DNA of 40,000 nt from Orbus wheelerorum. Lineage in GTDB: Bacteria > Pseudomonadota > Gammaproteobacteria > Enterobacterales > Orbaceae. The stretch is from assembly GCF_036251935.1 (NCBI RefSeq), contig NZ_CP133967.1. One strand, written 5' to 3'. Position 1 is the first letter of the stretch. Each line of letters opens with the position of its first letter. The notes beneath the pieces were generated by a model. The model searched no databases, was not told the DNA's origin, and was given only the letters and a program-made list of their open reading frames with translations. Shown here piece by piece: positions 9,138 to 18,822 of this stretch. The translations under genes and the position numbers were made by a program.

Positions 9138-9833
9138 ATGTTTAGAAAAATTTTAAGTGTATTTCTATTTTTAACTGTTGGTGTAAGTCACGTTTATGCC
9201 GAGCCTAATACCGGTATAACCTTAGGCTCGACAAGAATGATTTATAATGCGAGTGTAAGTCAAACGGCAATTGGTATTATGAACTCCGATAACCGAGCAT
9301 ATTTAATCCAATCATGGGTGTCTAAAACACCAGAAAGTAAATCTAAAGAAGACAGCTTATTTATTACGACTCCGCCGCTATTTCGACTTGAACCGGACTC
9401 AAAAAATTCTGTACGAGTTATGTATATCGGTAACTTATTGCCACAAGACAGAGAAAGTGTTTTTTGGCTTAATGTGAAGTCAATTCCATCAACTGAAAAA
9501 ACCAATAATAATACCTTAGTAATCGCGATAAAATCGCAAATAAAATTATTTTATCGGCCAATTGACTTACCTGGTGATCCATCTCGTGCTTATAAACAGA
9601 TTAAATTTTTAGTCAGAAATGACAAACTCGTCATTGATAATCCAACGGCATTTTCAGTTTCTTTTAATGAAATAAAAATAAATGGTATTTTGTTACAAGA
9701 TGCCGTTATGGTATTGCCTTTTTCTACACAAACTATCAATAAAAATGTTGCTCTCGGTCAAATGGTAACTTGGACTGTAATCAATGATTATGGTGGTATA
9801 ACACCCGTTGAGACGACCAAAATAATAAAGTAA
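9138..9833 (+). CDS. Periplasmic fimbrial chaperone (PapD/FimC family)
   Basis: 231 aa with a signal peptide. PapD-like motifs are present (GSTRMIYNAS, LFYRP, NPTAFSVSF). It sits between the pilin and usher genes. Confidence 0.9.
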   Translation: MFRKILSVFLFLTVGVSHVYAEPNTGITLGSTRMIYNASVSQTAIGIMNSDNRAYLIQSWVSKTPESKSKEDSLFITTPPLFRLEPDSKNSVRVMYIGNLLPQDRESVFWLNVKSIPSTEKTNNNTLVIAIKSQIKLFYRPIDLPGDPSRAYKQIKFLVRNDKLVIDNPTAFSVSFNEIKINGILLQDAVMVLPFSTQTINKNVALGQMVTWTVINDYGGITPVETTKIIK

Positions 9834-9864
9834 GCAAACTAAATAAAAAATAAAATAAAATAAA

Positions 9865-12339
9865 ATGCAAAAATATTTTAATAAATGCACAATCTTATGC
9901 GTTGTTATTTGTTCTGCCTTAAATATTAACCATAGTATAGCTGATGATTATTTTGACCCTAGCCTTATTGAAGGTAATTTAGATACTAGTACACCAATAG
10001 ATTTGTCCGTTTTTTCTAGAAAGGGCGGTCAATTGGCTGGTACTTATTTTACGAGTATTTATCTAAATCAAAATTTAGTTACAAATACAGATGTAAAGTA
10101 TGAATATATCGATAATAAAGATTTTTTATCTCCTTTATTAACCAAGAAAGAGTATATCGAATTTGGTGTACGTAAGGATGCAACACCTAATTTTAGTGCT
10201 TTAGCCGATGATGATACGATTGGTGATCTTAGTCAGGTGATCCCTGGTACCTTTTTTAAATATGACTTTAACCAAAATAAATTAGACTTATCAATTCCTC
10301 AAATATATATGAATCGGACCGTTCTTGGCCAAGTTGATGAAAAACTATGGAATGAGGGCATTAATGCTCTTTTTACTAGCTATTATTATTCAGGGGCGAC
10401 AACAAAATATCGAGGACAATCTGAAACGACGAATAATAGCTATTTAAATTTGAAAAGTGGTATTAATTTGGGGGCTTGGCGGCTTCGTAACTATAGTACC
10501 TATGTGCATTCAAGTAATATTAGTAAATGGAATAATTTGAGCAACTATCTTGAAAGAAATATTCTTTCGCTTAAAAGCCGATTAACGATTGGTGATAGTT
10601 ATACTAATTCAGAGATGTTTGATAGTTTTTCATTTCGTGGTATCAAACTCACCTCTGATGATGCGATGCTTGCTTCTAGCCAGCGAGGTTTTGCTCCTGT
10701 TATTCGTAATATCGCAAAAAGTAATGCTGAAATTACGATCCGCCAAAATGGCGTGATTATTAGGCAGTCCTACGTGCCAGCTGGCCCATTTGTGATTGAT
10801 GATCTGTATCCAACAGCAACAAGCGGCGATATGGAAATTACCATCAAAGAGGCTGACGGGAGTTCTCGAACTTTTATTCAACCGTTTTCATCAGTCCCAA
10901 TTATGTTACGGGAAGGGAACTTTAAATATTCATTAGCAGCTGGTGAATATCGAAAAGTCGGTACCGACAATATAAAAACGCCATATTTTATTCAAGCTAC
11001 CGGGATTTATGGTTTACCTTATGACACGACTATTTATAATGGTTCAATTATCTCAAAGGACTATCAGTCACTATTAGTTGGTTTAGGTAAAAGTTTAGCT
11101 GATTTTGGTTCGGTTTCTTTCGACGTAAGCACAGCAAAATCGACCTTGGAAAATCAAACTGATACAGGCAGCTCTTTACGTTTTCAATATTCGAAAGATG
11201 TGCTCGTAACAGGAACAAGCTTTTCATTTACGAGCTATCGCTATTCAACGGCAAAGTATCGAGATTTTTCAGACGTAAATGATTATACATATAACTATTG
11301 GAAGTATAGCCAAAATAGGAAAGATAAATTTCAGTTCGATATTAATCAAAATATTGGTGAAAATTTAGGTAATTTTCATTTAACGGGTTATCAAGAGCGC
11401 TATTGGAATAAAAAAGGTAAATCACAAAATATAAACGCTAGTTATAATAATATTTATCAGGGTATAAGTTATGCGCTTAATTATTCTTATACCAAAGACG
11501 ACGCTAGTGGTAATAAATCAAAACTCTTTTCATTATCACTCTCGATCCCCTTTGATGTGTTTTCTCCGACAACAAATATCAGCGTATCAAGTAGTATTGA
11601 TGACAATAATAAAACGCGCTCATCGGTAGGGCTTTCTGGCAATGTTTTTGATGATAATTCGCTATATTACAATATGCAGGCAGCTTATGCGTCCAAAACA
11701 AATGATAGTTCGTCCGGTAGTTTATCAATGAACTATCGACGCAGTTTTGGTGAATATCAAGTCGGTTATAATTATGACAAAACAGTTAAGCAGCTTAATT
11801 ATTCTGCTAATGGTTCAGTTGTTCTTCATCCTTATGGCTTAACATTTGGGCAGCCGATAGCGGAAACATTTGCTTTAATTAGAGCTAAAAATGCACATAA
11901 TTTGGCTGTCATGAATTATACCGGTATTTATACTGATGGACAGGGAAATGCGATTGTTCCTTATACTTCTCCCTACGAAAAAAATACCCTATCTTTAGAT
12001 ATCAAGAATATGGGCCCGAAAATTGATTTGATCTCTAACGTTAAAACGGTTGTACCAACTAGAGGTGCGATAGTTCTAGCTGATTATCCAACGCAAATTG
12101 GTTACAAGATTTTTGTAAAGTTAACGGGCGTTAATATTCCTTTTGGTGCTTTAACAACCCTTAAAAATGAAGGTTATCAATCAAATGGTATCGTTGATGA
12201 TGGGCAGGTGGTTTACTTAAGTGGCGCGCCAGTAGAGGGGGATATTCAAGTAACATGGTCTAATGGGCAATGTATCGCACCATATAAGTTAACTAATTTT
12301 GATGCAGATATTCATTTTTTATCTGCTACGTGTGATTAA
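9865..12339 (+). CDS. Outer-membrane fimbrial usher (FimD/PapC family)
   Basis: 824 aa with a signal peptide and an N-terminal usher motif (DDYFDPSLIE). The Tyr/Ser/Asn-rich beta-barrel composition is typical of ushers. Confidence 0.92.
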   Translation: MQKYFNKCTILCVVICSALNINHSIADDYFDPSLIEGNLDTSTPIDLSVFSRKGGQLAGTYFTSIYLNQNLVTNTDVKYEYIDNKDFLSPLLTKKEYIEFGVRKDATPNFSALADDDTIGDLSQVIPGTFFKYDFNQNKLDLSIPQIYMNRTVLGQVDEKLWNEGINALFTSYYYSGATTKYRGQSETTNNSYLNLKSGINLGAWRLRNYSTYVHSSNISKWNNLSNYLERNILSLKSRLTIGDSYTNSEMFDSFSFRGIKLTSDDAMLASSQRGFAPVIRNIAKSNAEITIRQNGVIIRQSYVPAGPFVIDDLYPTATSGDMEITIKEADGSSRTFIQPFSSVPIMLREGNFKYSLAAGEYRKVGTDNIKTPYFIQATGIYGLPYDTTIYNGSIISKDYQSLLVGLGKSLADFGSVSFDVSTAKSTLENQTDTGSSLRFQYSKDVLVTGTSFSFTSYRYSTAKYRDFSDVNDYTYNYWKYSQNRKDKFQFDINQNIGENLGNFHLTGYQERYWNKKGKSQNINASYNNIYQGISYALNYSYTKDDASGNKSKLFSLSLSIPFDVFSPTTNISVSSSIDDNNKTRSSVGLSGNVFDDNSLYYNMQAAYASKTNDSSSGSLSMNYRRSFGEYQVGYNYDKTVKQLNYSANGSVVLHPYGLTFGQPIAETFALIRAKNAHNLAVMNYTGIYTDGQGNAIVPYTSPYEKNTLSLDIKNMGPKIDLISNVKTVVPTRGAIVLADYPTQIGYKIFVKLTGVNIPFGALTTLKNEGYQSNGIVDDGQVVYLSGAPVEGDIQVTWSNGQCIAPYKLTNFDADIHFLSATCD

Positions 12340-12350
12340 ATGGAGTCATT

Positions 12351-13352
12351 ATGCGTATTTTAGTGTTATTTTTTATCTCTTCACCATTTTGGTTATTACC
12401 AAATATAGCTAATGCAGGGTGCACAGCCACATCAGGTATTACATTTGATATTTTTGTTGATACTATCTATCTTGATCTAATGCAATCATCGGGTAATAAG
12501 ATAGGGCCTGAATATTCCGCAACGATGGGAACCATCGCCAAGTGCTCAAATATGAGTTCAACTGATAATCTGGTTATTTCTATTAATGCTGCTGGTAAAC
12601 AAGTTTCATTACCTAATGGTAATCCTGATGGTCGATTTGTATACGAAACCAGTATAACAGGAGTCGGCTTTTCGATTGGAGCATCAGGACGAGGCTGCTC
12701 TAAGGAAGGGTGGGTAGCTAGTGGTTCCGGGGTTCAGAATAACCTTTTTTGCACATTATATGGTAAAAATATTCCAAGTGAAATCAAAGTTGCGCCCAAA
12801 ATCCAATTATATTCATTAGGTAAAACGATAAGCACCACACAATCACATTCATCAACTAAAAAAATTGGTTACACTTATGCTTTAGTCAATAAATCACAAA
12901 AACTTACGGAATTTCCTATTTATGTATCGATAAGTCCGATGCGTGCATCTTGTCGTGTTACAACCCCAACGGTAAATGTAAATATGGGATCGTTTAAAAC
13001 TACAATGTTTCAAGGTATTTTGACTGGGCCGTCGACAACGAGTGATTTTTCTATCGGTTTAAGCTGTAGCAATACCCCAACACCAATTTCATTACAAATT
13101 GATGGTGATATCGTCGCTGGAAATTTACAGGCATTATCTCTGAATAAAACATCTGACGTGGCAACAGGCGTTGGGATCCAGATTTTAAAAAGTGATGGCT
13201 CGGTTTTTAAATTGGCTTCACCTCAGTCGATGGGCACGCAACAAGGTACAAATGTGGTATTACCACTCAAAGCGAGGTATGTTCAAGTTGCAAATACCGT
13301 TACTGCAGGAAAAGCCAATGCCTCAGCAACGTTCACTATTGTTTATCAATAA
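12351..13352 (+). CDS. Two-domain fimbrial tip adhesin / minor subunit (FimH-like architecture)
   Basis: 333 aa, about twice pilin length. An N-terminal ~190 aa domain has no similarity I recognise. The C-terminal pilin domain ends GKANASATFTIVYQ. It is the last gene of the operon. Confidence 0.75.
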   Translation: MRILVLFFISSPFWLLPNIANAGCTATSGITFDIFVDTIYLDLMQSSGNKIGPEYSATMGTIAKCSNMSSTDNLVISINAAGKQVSLPNGNPDGRFVYETSITGVGFSIGASGRGCSKEGWVASGSGVQNNLFCTLYGKNIPSEIKVAPKIQLYSLGKTISTTQSHSSTKKIGYTYALVNKSQKLTEFPIYVSISPMRASCRVTTPTVNVNMGSFKTTMFQGILTGPSTTSDFSIGLSCSNTPTPISLQIDGDIVAGNLQALSLNKTSDVATGVGIQILKSDGSVFKLASPQSMGTQQGTNVVLPLKARYVQVANTVTAGKANASATFTIVYQ

Positions 13353-13504
13353 ATAACGCTATTTTAGTTTCAGTACCTTTTATTTAATGAAACTCAATGA
13401 CGTTTGCTGAGTTTATTTTTATGTTAAATACCAGCATTAACTTTGATTGAAAAGGCTAGTTAACAGCGTGAAAGTTAACAAGGTTTGACCGTGTCTTATC
13501 CATT

Positions 13505-14863
13505 TTAACGGTGAATTAGCTTATCTAAAATTGCCGTATATAGCGGTTTTTGACCTAAAGACTGTGCAATAAATATTGCGGCTAAACAGGTAATAATAAG
13601 TGGCAAGATCAGCAGATAATTACCTGTCATTTCCATTATTAATACAATTCCTGTTAATGGGGCTCGAATCGTTGCGGCAAATAATCCGGCCATACCAATA
13701 ATTGCGCAGGCACCTAATTCGACTTGGTAATAAGGAAAAAGTGATTGTAAGCCTAGGCCAAATAATACACCGACAATTGCACCAAGTGCTAAGGTTGGCG
13801 AGAATATTCCACCTGGAGCTCCAGAGCTAAAACATAAAATCGTCGCAATAAGCCTGATAGCTAAGATCGCAACTAATGGCCATAATCCATATAATTGGTC
13901 TACTACATTTGGAATAATATCAAACCCGCCACCAGTAATAGCCGGATAATATAAGCTTAATAAGCCAAATATTCCGGCAAGTAGGCCTCCTACTAGTAAA
14001 AAATAGTAAGACTTTAATTGATAAAATGATTGCAATTTATCTCGAAGCTTTAGCACACCTTGGTTAGAAATTGCGCCAATTAAACCAAGAATGCCTCCAA
14101 AGATAAAATAGATCCATAATGAACTTAGTGGCACTGCGGCATACATACTAAAATTAAATATTGGCGCAGTACTTATCATCACTCGATACATAATGCATGC
14201 ACCAACCACGCCAATAAAAATAGCTTTGATTGATGATAGGCTATAGGTAAACTCCTCTCGCATTTCTTCGATTACAAATAAAATTCCGGCTAATGGCGCA
14301 TTAAATGCCGTTGTTATTCCGGCAGCTGCGCCTGTTGCTAAAAAGGTATGTTTACTCTCTTTATTGTCGATTCTAAATAATTTAGCGATTAACTGACCTA
14401 AATTAGCGCCCATTTGAACAGTAGGTCCTTCACGGCCTAAAACCATGCCTGAGCCCAACGCACCAAGCCCGCCAAAAAATTTCACCGGTAAAACATGTAA
14501 CCACCTAACCGGCCTTTTATCAATAAGTGCACCTTCTATTTCTGGAATACCTGAACCACTTGCTTCTGGCGAGAAACGCTGAACTAAATAATAGGCAAAA
14601 ATCCCCATTAAGGCGGCAATAAAAAATGACCAAATATAGGTTGCCCAGTGATTACTAAATAAATTTAGGCTTAATTCAACACGTGAGCGCGAAACCCAAC
14701 TGACCGCATATTGAAAGAGTGAACCTACAAACCCTGTCACCATGCCAATAATGCCAGCAATAAAAATAACCACAAAGGGCATTCTATTTTGTAGAGTATC
14801 AATTTTATGAATGATGACACGCTCTTTTTGTTTAACGGTATCTTTAGACATAATATTATTCAA
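13505..14863 (-). CDS. clcA: ClC-family H+/Cl- antiporter (ClcA / ClC-ec1 orthologue)
   Basis: 452 aa. ClC selectivity and gating motifs are all present: GSGIPE, GREGPTVQ (gating Glu), GILFVIEEM (internal proton Glu), GGIFSPTLALG and MTGNYLLILPLIIT (central Tyr). Confidence 0.92.
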   Translation of the reverse strand: MNNIMSKDTVKQKERVIIHKIDTLQNRMPFVVIFIAGIIGMVTGFVGSLFQYAVSWVSRSRVELSLNLFSNHWATYIWSFFIAALMGIFAYYLVQRFSPEASGSGIPEIEGALIDKRPVRWLHVLPVKFFGGLGALGSGMVLGREGPTVQMGANLGQLIAKLFRIDNKESKHTFLATGAAAGITTAFNAPLAGILFVIEEMREEFTYSLSSIKAIFIGVVGACIMYRVMISTAPIFNFSMYAAVPLSSLWIYFIFGGILGLIGAISNQGVLKLRDKLQSFYQLKSYYFLLVGGLLAGIFGLLSLYYPAITGGGFDIIPNVVDQLYGLWPLVAILAIRLIATILCFSSGAPGGIFSPTLALGAIVGVLFGLGLQSLFPYYQVELGACAIIGMAGLFAATIRAPLTGIVLIMEMTGNYLLILPLIITCLAAIFIAQSLGQKPLYTAILDKLIHR

Positions 14864-15044
14864 TCAGTTATCAAGTTTACTTTGCTTTATCGTGACATCA
14901 TTACATTATTCAGTAATTAACTGTTTAGGAACATATCGCAATAAAACTCTATTGGTAAAGTATAGTATAAAAGCAAAAAAATGATTAATTTTTTATCATT
15001 TTTATTATTAATGCATTATTGGATATAAATTAGATTTATCTAAC

Positions 15045-15073
15045 TTGACAGTGATAATTAAAAAAAAGATACT
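15045..15073 (+). promoter_or_regulatory. Candidate sigma70 promoter for the three-lipoprotein operon
   Basis: TTGACA (15045-15050), 17 nt spacer, GATACT (15068-15073). It lies about 140 nt upstream of the ATG at 15214. Pattern match only. Confidence 0.4.
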
Positions 15074-15213
15074 GCACCGCCAATTATTATTGGGAAATAA
15101 TGGAGTATGAACTTATTTTGAAAATAAGCGTCGTATTTAGGGATAAAGTAGTTACTTGATTATCTATTCTTAAACAAGAAAATGGATGAAAATTAATTTA
15201 ATAAGGATGCCTC

Positions 15214-15891
15214 ATGAAATTTGATAAAAAAAATATATTATGTTTGGTGCTATTACCAGTAGTATTATTAACTGGTTGTGCAACGGAATCTTCACGAGTT
15301 GTAGCCGTAAATAAAACTCAATCTTATAGCTCTAATTATCAAGGTGTTAAAAGCCCTATTGCCATCGGTAAATTTGAAAATCGTTCAAATTATCAAAATG
15401 GTCTTTTCTCTGATGGTGTTGATAGATTAGGAAACCAAACTAAAACAATCTTAATTAGCCATTTACAACAAACTGGAAGATTTACGGTGCTTGATCGCTC
15501 TAATATGCAAGAGCTTAAAAATGAGTCAACAATTAGTGCTAAAAACCAGTCTTTAATAGGGGCTCGATATATTATTACGGGTAATATTACCGAATTTGGT
15601 CGAAAAGAAGTCGGTGACAACCAATTGTGGGGGATTCTTGGCCGTGGAAAAACGCAAGTTGCCTATGCCAAAGTTATTATTAATGTTGTAGATGTTAAGA
15701 CTTCGGCTGTTGTTTACACAGCGCCTGGTGCTGGTGAGTATAGTTTATCAAACCGTGAAATTATTGGTTTTGGTGGTAAAGCAAGTTACGATGCAACGCT
15801 AAATGATAAGGTAATTGACTTAGCTATTAATGAGGCTGTGAGTGATTTAGTATCAGGAATTGAATCTGGAGCATGGAGCCCAGTCAAGTAA
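15214..15891 (+). CDS. CsgG/HfaB-family outer-membrane lipoprotein (short CsgG-like)
   Basis: 225 aa with a lipobox (LLTGC). CsgG-family core motifs are present (IAIGKFENRS..., RFTVLDRSNMQELKNE, RYIITGNITEFG). Confidence 0.8.
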   Translation: MKFDKKNILCLVLLPVVLLTGCATESSRVVAVNKTQSYSSNYQGVKSPIAIGKFENRSNYQNGLFSDGVDRLGNQTKTILISHLQQTGRFTVLDRSNMQELKNESTISAKNQSLIGARYIITGNITEFGRKEVGDNQLWGILGRGKTQVAYAKVIINVVDVKTSAVVYTAPGAGEYSLSNREIIGFGGKASYDATLNDKVIDLAINEAVSDLVSGIESGAWSPVK

Positions 15892-15909
15892 TCTACAAGG
15901 ATAGTTTGA

Positions 15910-16260
15910 ATGTTTATCAAAAAATTATTACCACTACTACTCGTTTTATTGGTTGTTGGCTGCGCAAAAAAAGATATCTATAACTGGGATGATTATGAAG
16001 CTACGTTATATTTATATCACCAACAAGATAAGGTTAATACCGAAGAACAAATTGTATTATTAGAAAAAAATATTGATAAGTCACGCGCAAAATCACTATT
16101 ATCACCACCGGGTTTACACGCTCACCTTGGTTTGCTTTATAGTAATATTGGTAAGATAGATGAAGCGAAAAATCAATTTGAAATAGAAAAACAGCTATTT
16201 GTTGAATCGACGACGTTTATGGACTTATTACTTAATCAAGGAACGAGAAATATAAAATGA
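15910..16260 (+). CDS. DUF4810-like small lipoprotein
   Basis: 116 aa with a lipobox (LVVGC). The pattern (YNWDDYEATLYLY..., PPGLHAHLGLLY..., FVESTTFMDLLL) matches my recollection of DUF4810. Its stop overlaps the next gene's start by 4 nt. Confidence 0.7.
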   Translation: MFIKKLLPLLLVLLVVGCAKKDIYNWDDYEATLYLYHQQDKVNTEEQIVLLEKNIDKSRAKSLLSPPGLHAHLGLLYSNIGKIDEAKNQFEIEKQLFVESTTFMDLLLNQGTRNIK

Positions 16261-16880
16261 AAAAAGGAATTATTTTTCTAGGGATACTAATAGCTGTTTT
16301 TTTAACTGGATGTGCTAAACCTTGTGATTACAGTGCATTTAATGAAAGTAAACCAAAGTCAATCTTAGTATTATTGCCCGAAAATAAAACGGCAAATATT
16401 GATGCAACTAATGCATTTTTTTCGCAATTAACTCGGCCATTATCCGAGGCGGGCTATTATGTATTTCCAATTGCTTTAGTTGAGGAAACTTTTTATCAAA
16501 ATGGTGTCACGGTTGCAGGTGAAATGCGCAATGTGAGTACCGAAAAATTACGTCAAATTTTTGGCGCCGACGCTGTTTTGTATTTAGATGTTAATCAATA
16601 TGGTTATAGCTATGGAGTACTTGCTGGTGCACCAGAGGTCGCGGCGTCCGGCACTTTAGTTGATTTAAGAACCGGTAAAACAATATGGAATAACCAAATC
16701 ACTGTTCAAGGTGATAGTACCAGTTATTTTAATCTCCTTGGGCTTTTGATTAATCGAGTATTTGATACCATAAGTGATAAGTACTATCCGATGGCTGGAA
16801 TGGCTAATTCTACGTTATTTAATCCAGAATCAAATCGTTGTTTTATGTATGGACAGCGTTCACCACTCTATAAAGGTTAA
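16257..16880 (+). CDS. DUF799 / GNA1162-like lipoprotein
   Basis: 207 aa with a lipobox (FLTGC). It carries the motifs KSILVLLPENKT, PLSEAGYYVFPIALVEE and IFGADAVLYLDV, characteristic of the DUF799 (N. meningitidis GNA1162) family. Confidence 0.8.
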   Translation: MKKGIIFLGILIAVFLTGCAKPCDYSAFNESKPKSILVLLPENKTANIDATNAFFSQLTRPLSEAGYYVFPIALVEETFYQNGVTVAGEMRNVSTEKLRQIFGADAVLYLDVNQYGYSYGVLAGAPEVAASGTLVDLRTGKTIWNNQITVQGDSTSYFNLLGLLINRVFDTISDKYYPMAGMANSTLFNPESNRCFMYGQRSPLYKG

Positions 16881-17144
16881 GTATTATTTATTAAATAGTC
16901 CCTATCTAATAAATGACTACCACCAAGATTGGATGAGTACCTTCAATTTTGGTGGGATATATAATCATAGGCAAATATTTAAAAATTTTTGTTGCTCATC
17001 TTTAGTTATGTCACCTTTAGTTCCCTTTCAAATCTTTTGAATATTATTATCGCATTTTTTTATTGAGTTTCCCTTTATTCCAATCTAGTATGTCGGCCAC
17101 ATAAAGATAACAAATCTCGCGTTTGATTTGTTCAAATAGGAAAA

Positions 17145-17609
17145 ATGATGGAAAACAATGACACATTACGCAGTGTGCGTTATATGCTTAATCTTAGTGA
17201 TGCTCAAATGCTTGATATTATTAAGTTAGCTGGATTAGAGGTTGATATTCTTGAGATGAATGCTTGGCTAAAACCTGAAGATGCACCTGATTATAAAATA
17301 TGTTCAGATTATGTAATGGTTCACTTTTTAAATGGTTTAATTATTTTTCGTCGAGGCAAAGATGATCGTTTTCCTATTCCAGAAGTCGAGCCAACGGTTA
17401 CCAATAACATCATTATGAAAAAACTAAGAGCGGCTTTTGCTCTAAAAGATTGCGATCTTATTGATATATATACTTCGGTCGATTTTCGTGTTTCAAAGCC
17501 AGAATTAAGTGCTATCTTTCGTAAAGCAGATCATAAAAACTACCGTAAATGTGGCGATCAGTTATTACGTTATTTTCTAAAAGGGTTAACACTGAAAATT
17601 CGTGGTTAA
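17145..17609 (+). CDS. yehS: DUF1456 protein YehS
   Basis: 154 aa, co-linear with E. coli YehS as I remember it (NDTLRSVRYML..., FLNGLIIFRRGKDD, NNIIMKKLRAAFALK, ADHKNYRKCGDQLLRYFLKGL). Confidence 0.85.
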   Translation: MMENNDTLRSVRYMLNLSDAQMLDIIKLAGLEVDILEMNAWLKPEDAPDYKICSDYVMVHFLNGLIIFRRGKDDRFPIPEVEPTVTNNIIMKKLRAAFALKDCDLIDIYTSVDFRVSKPELSAIFRKADHKNYRKCGDQLLRYFLKGLTLKIRG

Positions 17610-17756
17610 TTAGCATTAGGCTTATTTGTCTCTGCTTGTTCTTATCTGATAACAATTGATGTAAAATTTTCACTATATTAAGGCGTTACAACAAAAAAAT
17701 AACGAATAAAAGCCTCTATTACAGAATAAATAAGCTAAGGATCTACTGCTCCTAAC

Positions 17757-18079
17757 TTAGTCGATGTTGTCTAAAAAGATATTATTTTTGATTGAAAATT
17801 GTTCATCTTTAATGTTGATATCTTGAACAGTAATAATGCGTTTAATCGATCGATAGAAAGAGTAAGAGTGAATTTGGCCAAATGTTGACGAGTCGGTAAT
17901 AATAATATTTTCACTATTTTACTTAAAATTGAATTAACCAGTTAAGTTCTCATTTGGCAGTGCCCTTAAAATCCAATGGTTTGAGTAAAACCATCAATAC
18001 CGAGAAATGTTTTTTCTAAACTTACACGTGTAATGGCTTGGAAATGGATTACTTTTGGTATAAAAGCTGCTTGCGAAAT
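17757..18079 (-). pseudogene. Decayed remnant of a DeoR-family regulator (C-terminal effector domain only, multiple frame breaks)
   Basis: Minus-strand translation gives ISQAAFIPKVIHFQAITRVSLEKTFLGIDGFTQTIGF* (18079 down to 17966). In another frame it gives ENIIIITDSSTFGQIHSYSFYRSIKRIITVQDINIKDEQFSIKNNIFLDNID* (17912 down to 17757). These match the DeoR C-terminal patterns (FLG.DG...G and ...DssKFg...id.iiT). Stops in every frame lie between them, and there is no N-terminal HTH part. Confidence 0.6.
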
Positions 18080-18102
18080 CTAAATATATTAATTTCGCAA
18101 GC
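18069..18102 (-). terminator. Probable terminator hairpin downstream of yagU
   Basis: 11 bp perfect inverted repeat, gcttgcgaaat (18069-18079) with atttcgcaagc (18092-18102). It lies 59 nt after the yagU stop. On the minus strand it is followed by agcttttatacc, a weak T-run. Confidence 0.5.
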
Positions 18103-18160
18103 ACTGAGCAAAATAACTGAGCTGATAGTTAAATCCGCTTTATATTTTACTTTATACCAA

Positions 18161-18709
18161 TTATTGGCGCCATACACCTCTAATTGGTCTTGCAAAATGG
18201 GCAAGGACGGCAATCATACAAATTTCAATCGATACACCCCAATAAATATGACCAAGAATTTCACTCCATAGCTCATAGCCATTAAGGTTCCATAACCAAC
18301 CTGTTGCGCCACTATCATATACTGGGTTTCTAAAGCCTAATAATGGAATTAAAAAACCATGCATAACAACCGTAATAACCAGGCCAAATAAAGCACCGTA
18401 CCATAATCTTACTTTGTTACAATAAAACGAACCAGCAGCATAGACAAATGCAAAAGCAAAGCTGAATAACCAGTGATAAAGTGTTACAGCGCCAAGCACT
18501 GACCCTCCTTGATAAACATAATCAAGGGAGTGAGAGTTAATGCCTAACCAACCAAGCCAAGCATCGATATGGGCTGCAGGAGGGGAGATTTCGCCAGGAA
18601 CACGAGGTGGCATATTAACCTCAGAGCCCCATTTTACTAACGAGCTGAAAAAGCCACCAATAATCGTTGTCCAGATGATGACTTGACGGTTAACTTTATT
18701 TCCAAACAT
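18161..18709 (-). CDS. yagU: Inner-membrane protein YagU (DUF1440), linked to acid resistance in E. coli
   Basis: 182 aa with about 3-4 TM segments. The conserved N-terminal motif SLVKWGSEVNMPPRVP matches E. coli FVKWGAEVPLPPRSP, and the C-terminal EILGHIYWGVSIEI matches EIFGHLVWFWSIEI. Confidence 0.8.
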   Translation of the reverse strand: MFGNKVNRQVIIWTTIIGGFFSSLVKWGSEVNMPPRVPGEISPPAAHIDAWLGWLGINSHSLDYVYQGGSVLGAVTLYHWLFSFAFAFVYAAGSFYCNKVRLWYGALFGLVITVVMHGFLIPLLGFRNPVYDSGATGWLWNLNGYELWSEILGHIYWGVSIEICMIAVLAHFARPIRGVWRQ

Positions 18710-18822
18710 AGTGGTATATCTCCTGAATTAAAATGGATTGGCATAATTGATTATATTTTAAAAATGATTTAGGTGAAAGAGACCGGTTATTATTTATTCG
18801 TTTTATCAATTTTAATACCAAG

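Noticed and set aside
9844-9865. Short tandem repeat taaaaaa(taaaa)3 abutting the usher start codon, considered as a slipped-strand phase-variation tract
   Set aside because: It has only 3-4 units, is intergenic so causes no frameshift, and sits in DNA where A/T pentamer repeats arise by chance. This is below the copy number usually associated with contingency loci.
16774-17040. 88-aa ORF overlapping the 3' end of the DUF799 gene and the following intergenic region
   Set aside because: It overlaps a supported gene out of frame. I saw no RBS, the sequence is Tyr/Ile/Asn-rich with AT-driven composition, and it resembles no known family.
18038-18271. 77-aa plus-strand ORF between the DeoR remnant and yagU
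   Set aside because: It runs through the yagU terminator hairpin and antisense into the yagU 3' end. It has no RBS or motifs and is best explained as chance.
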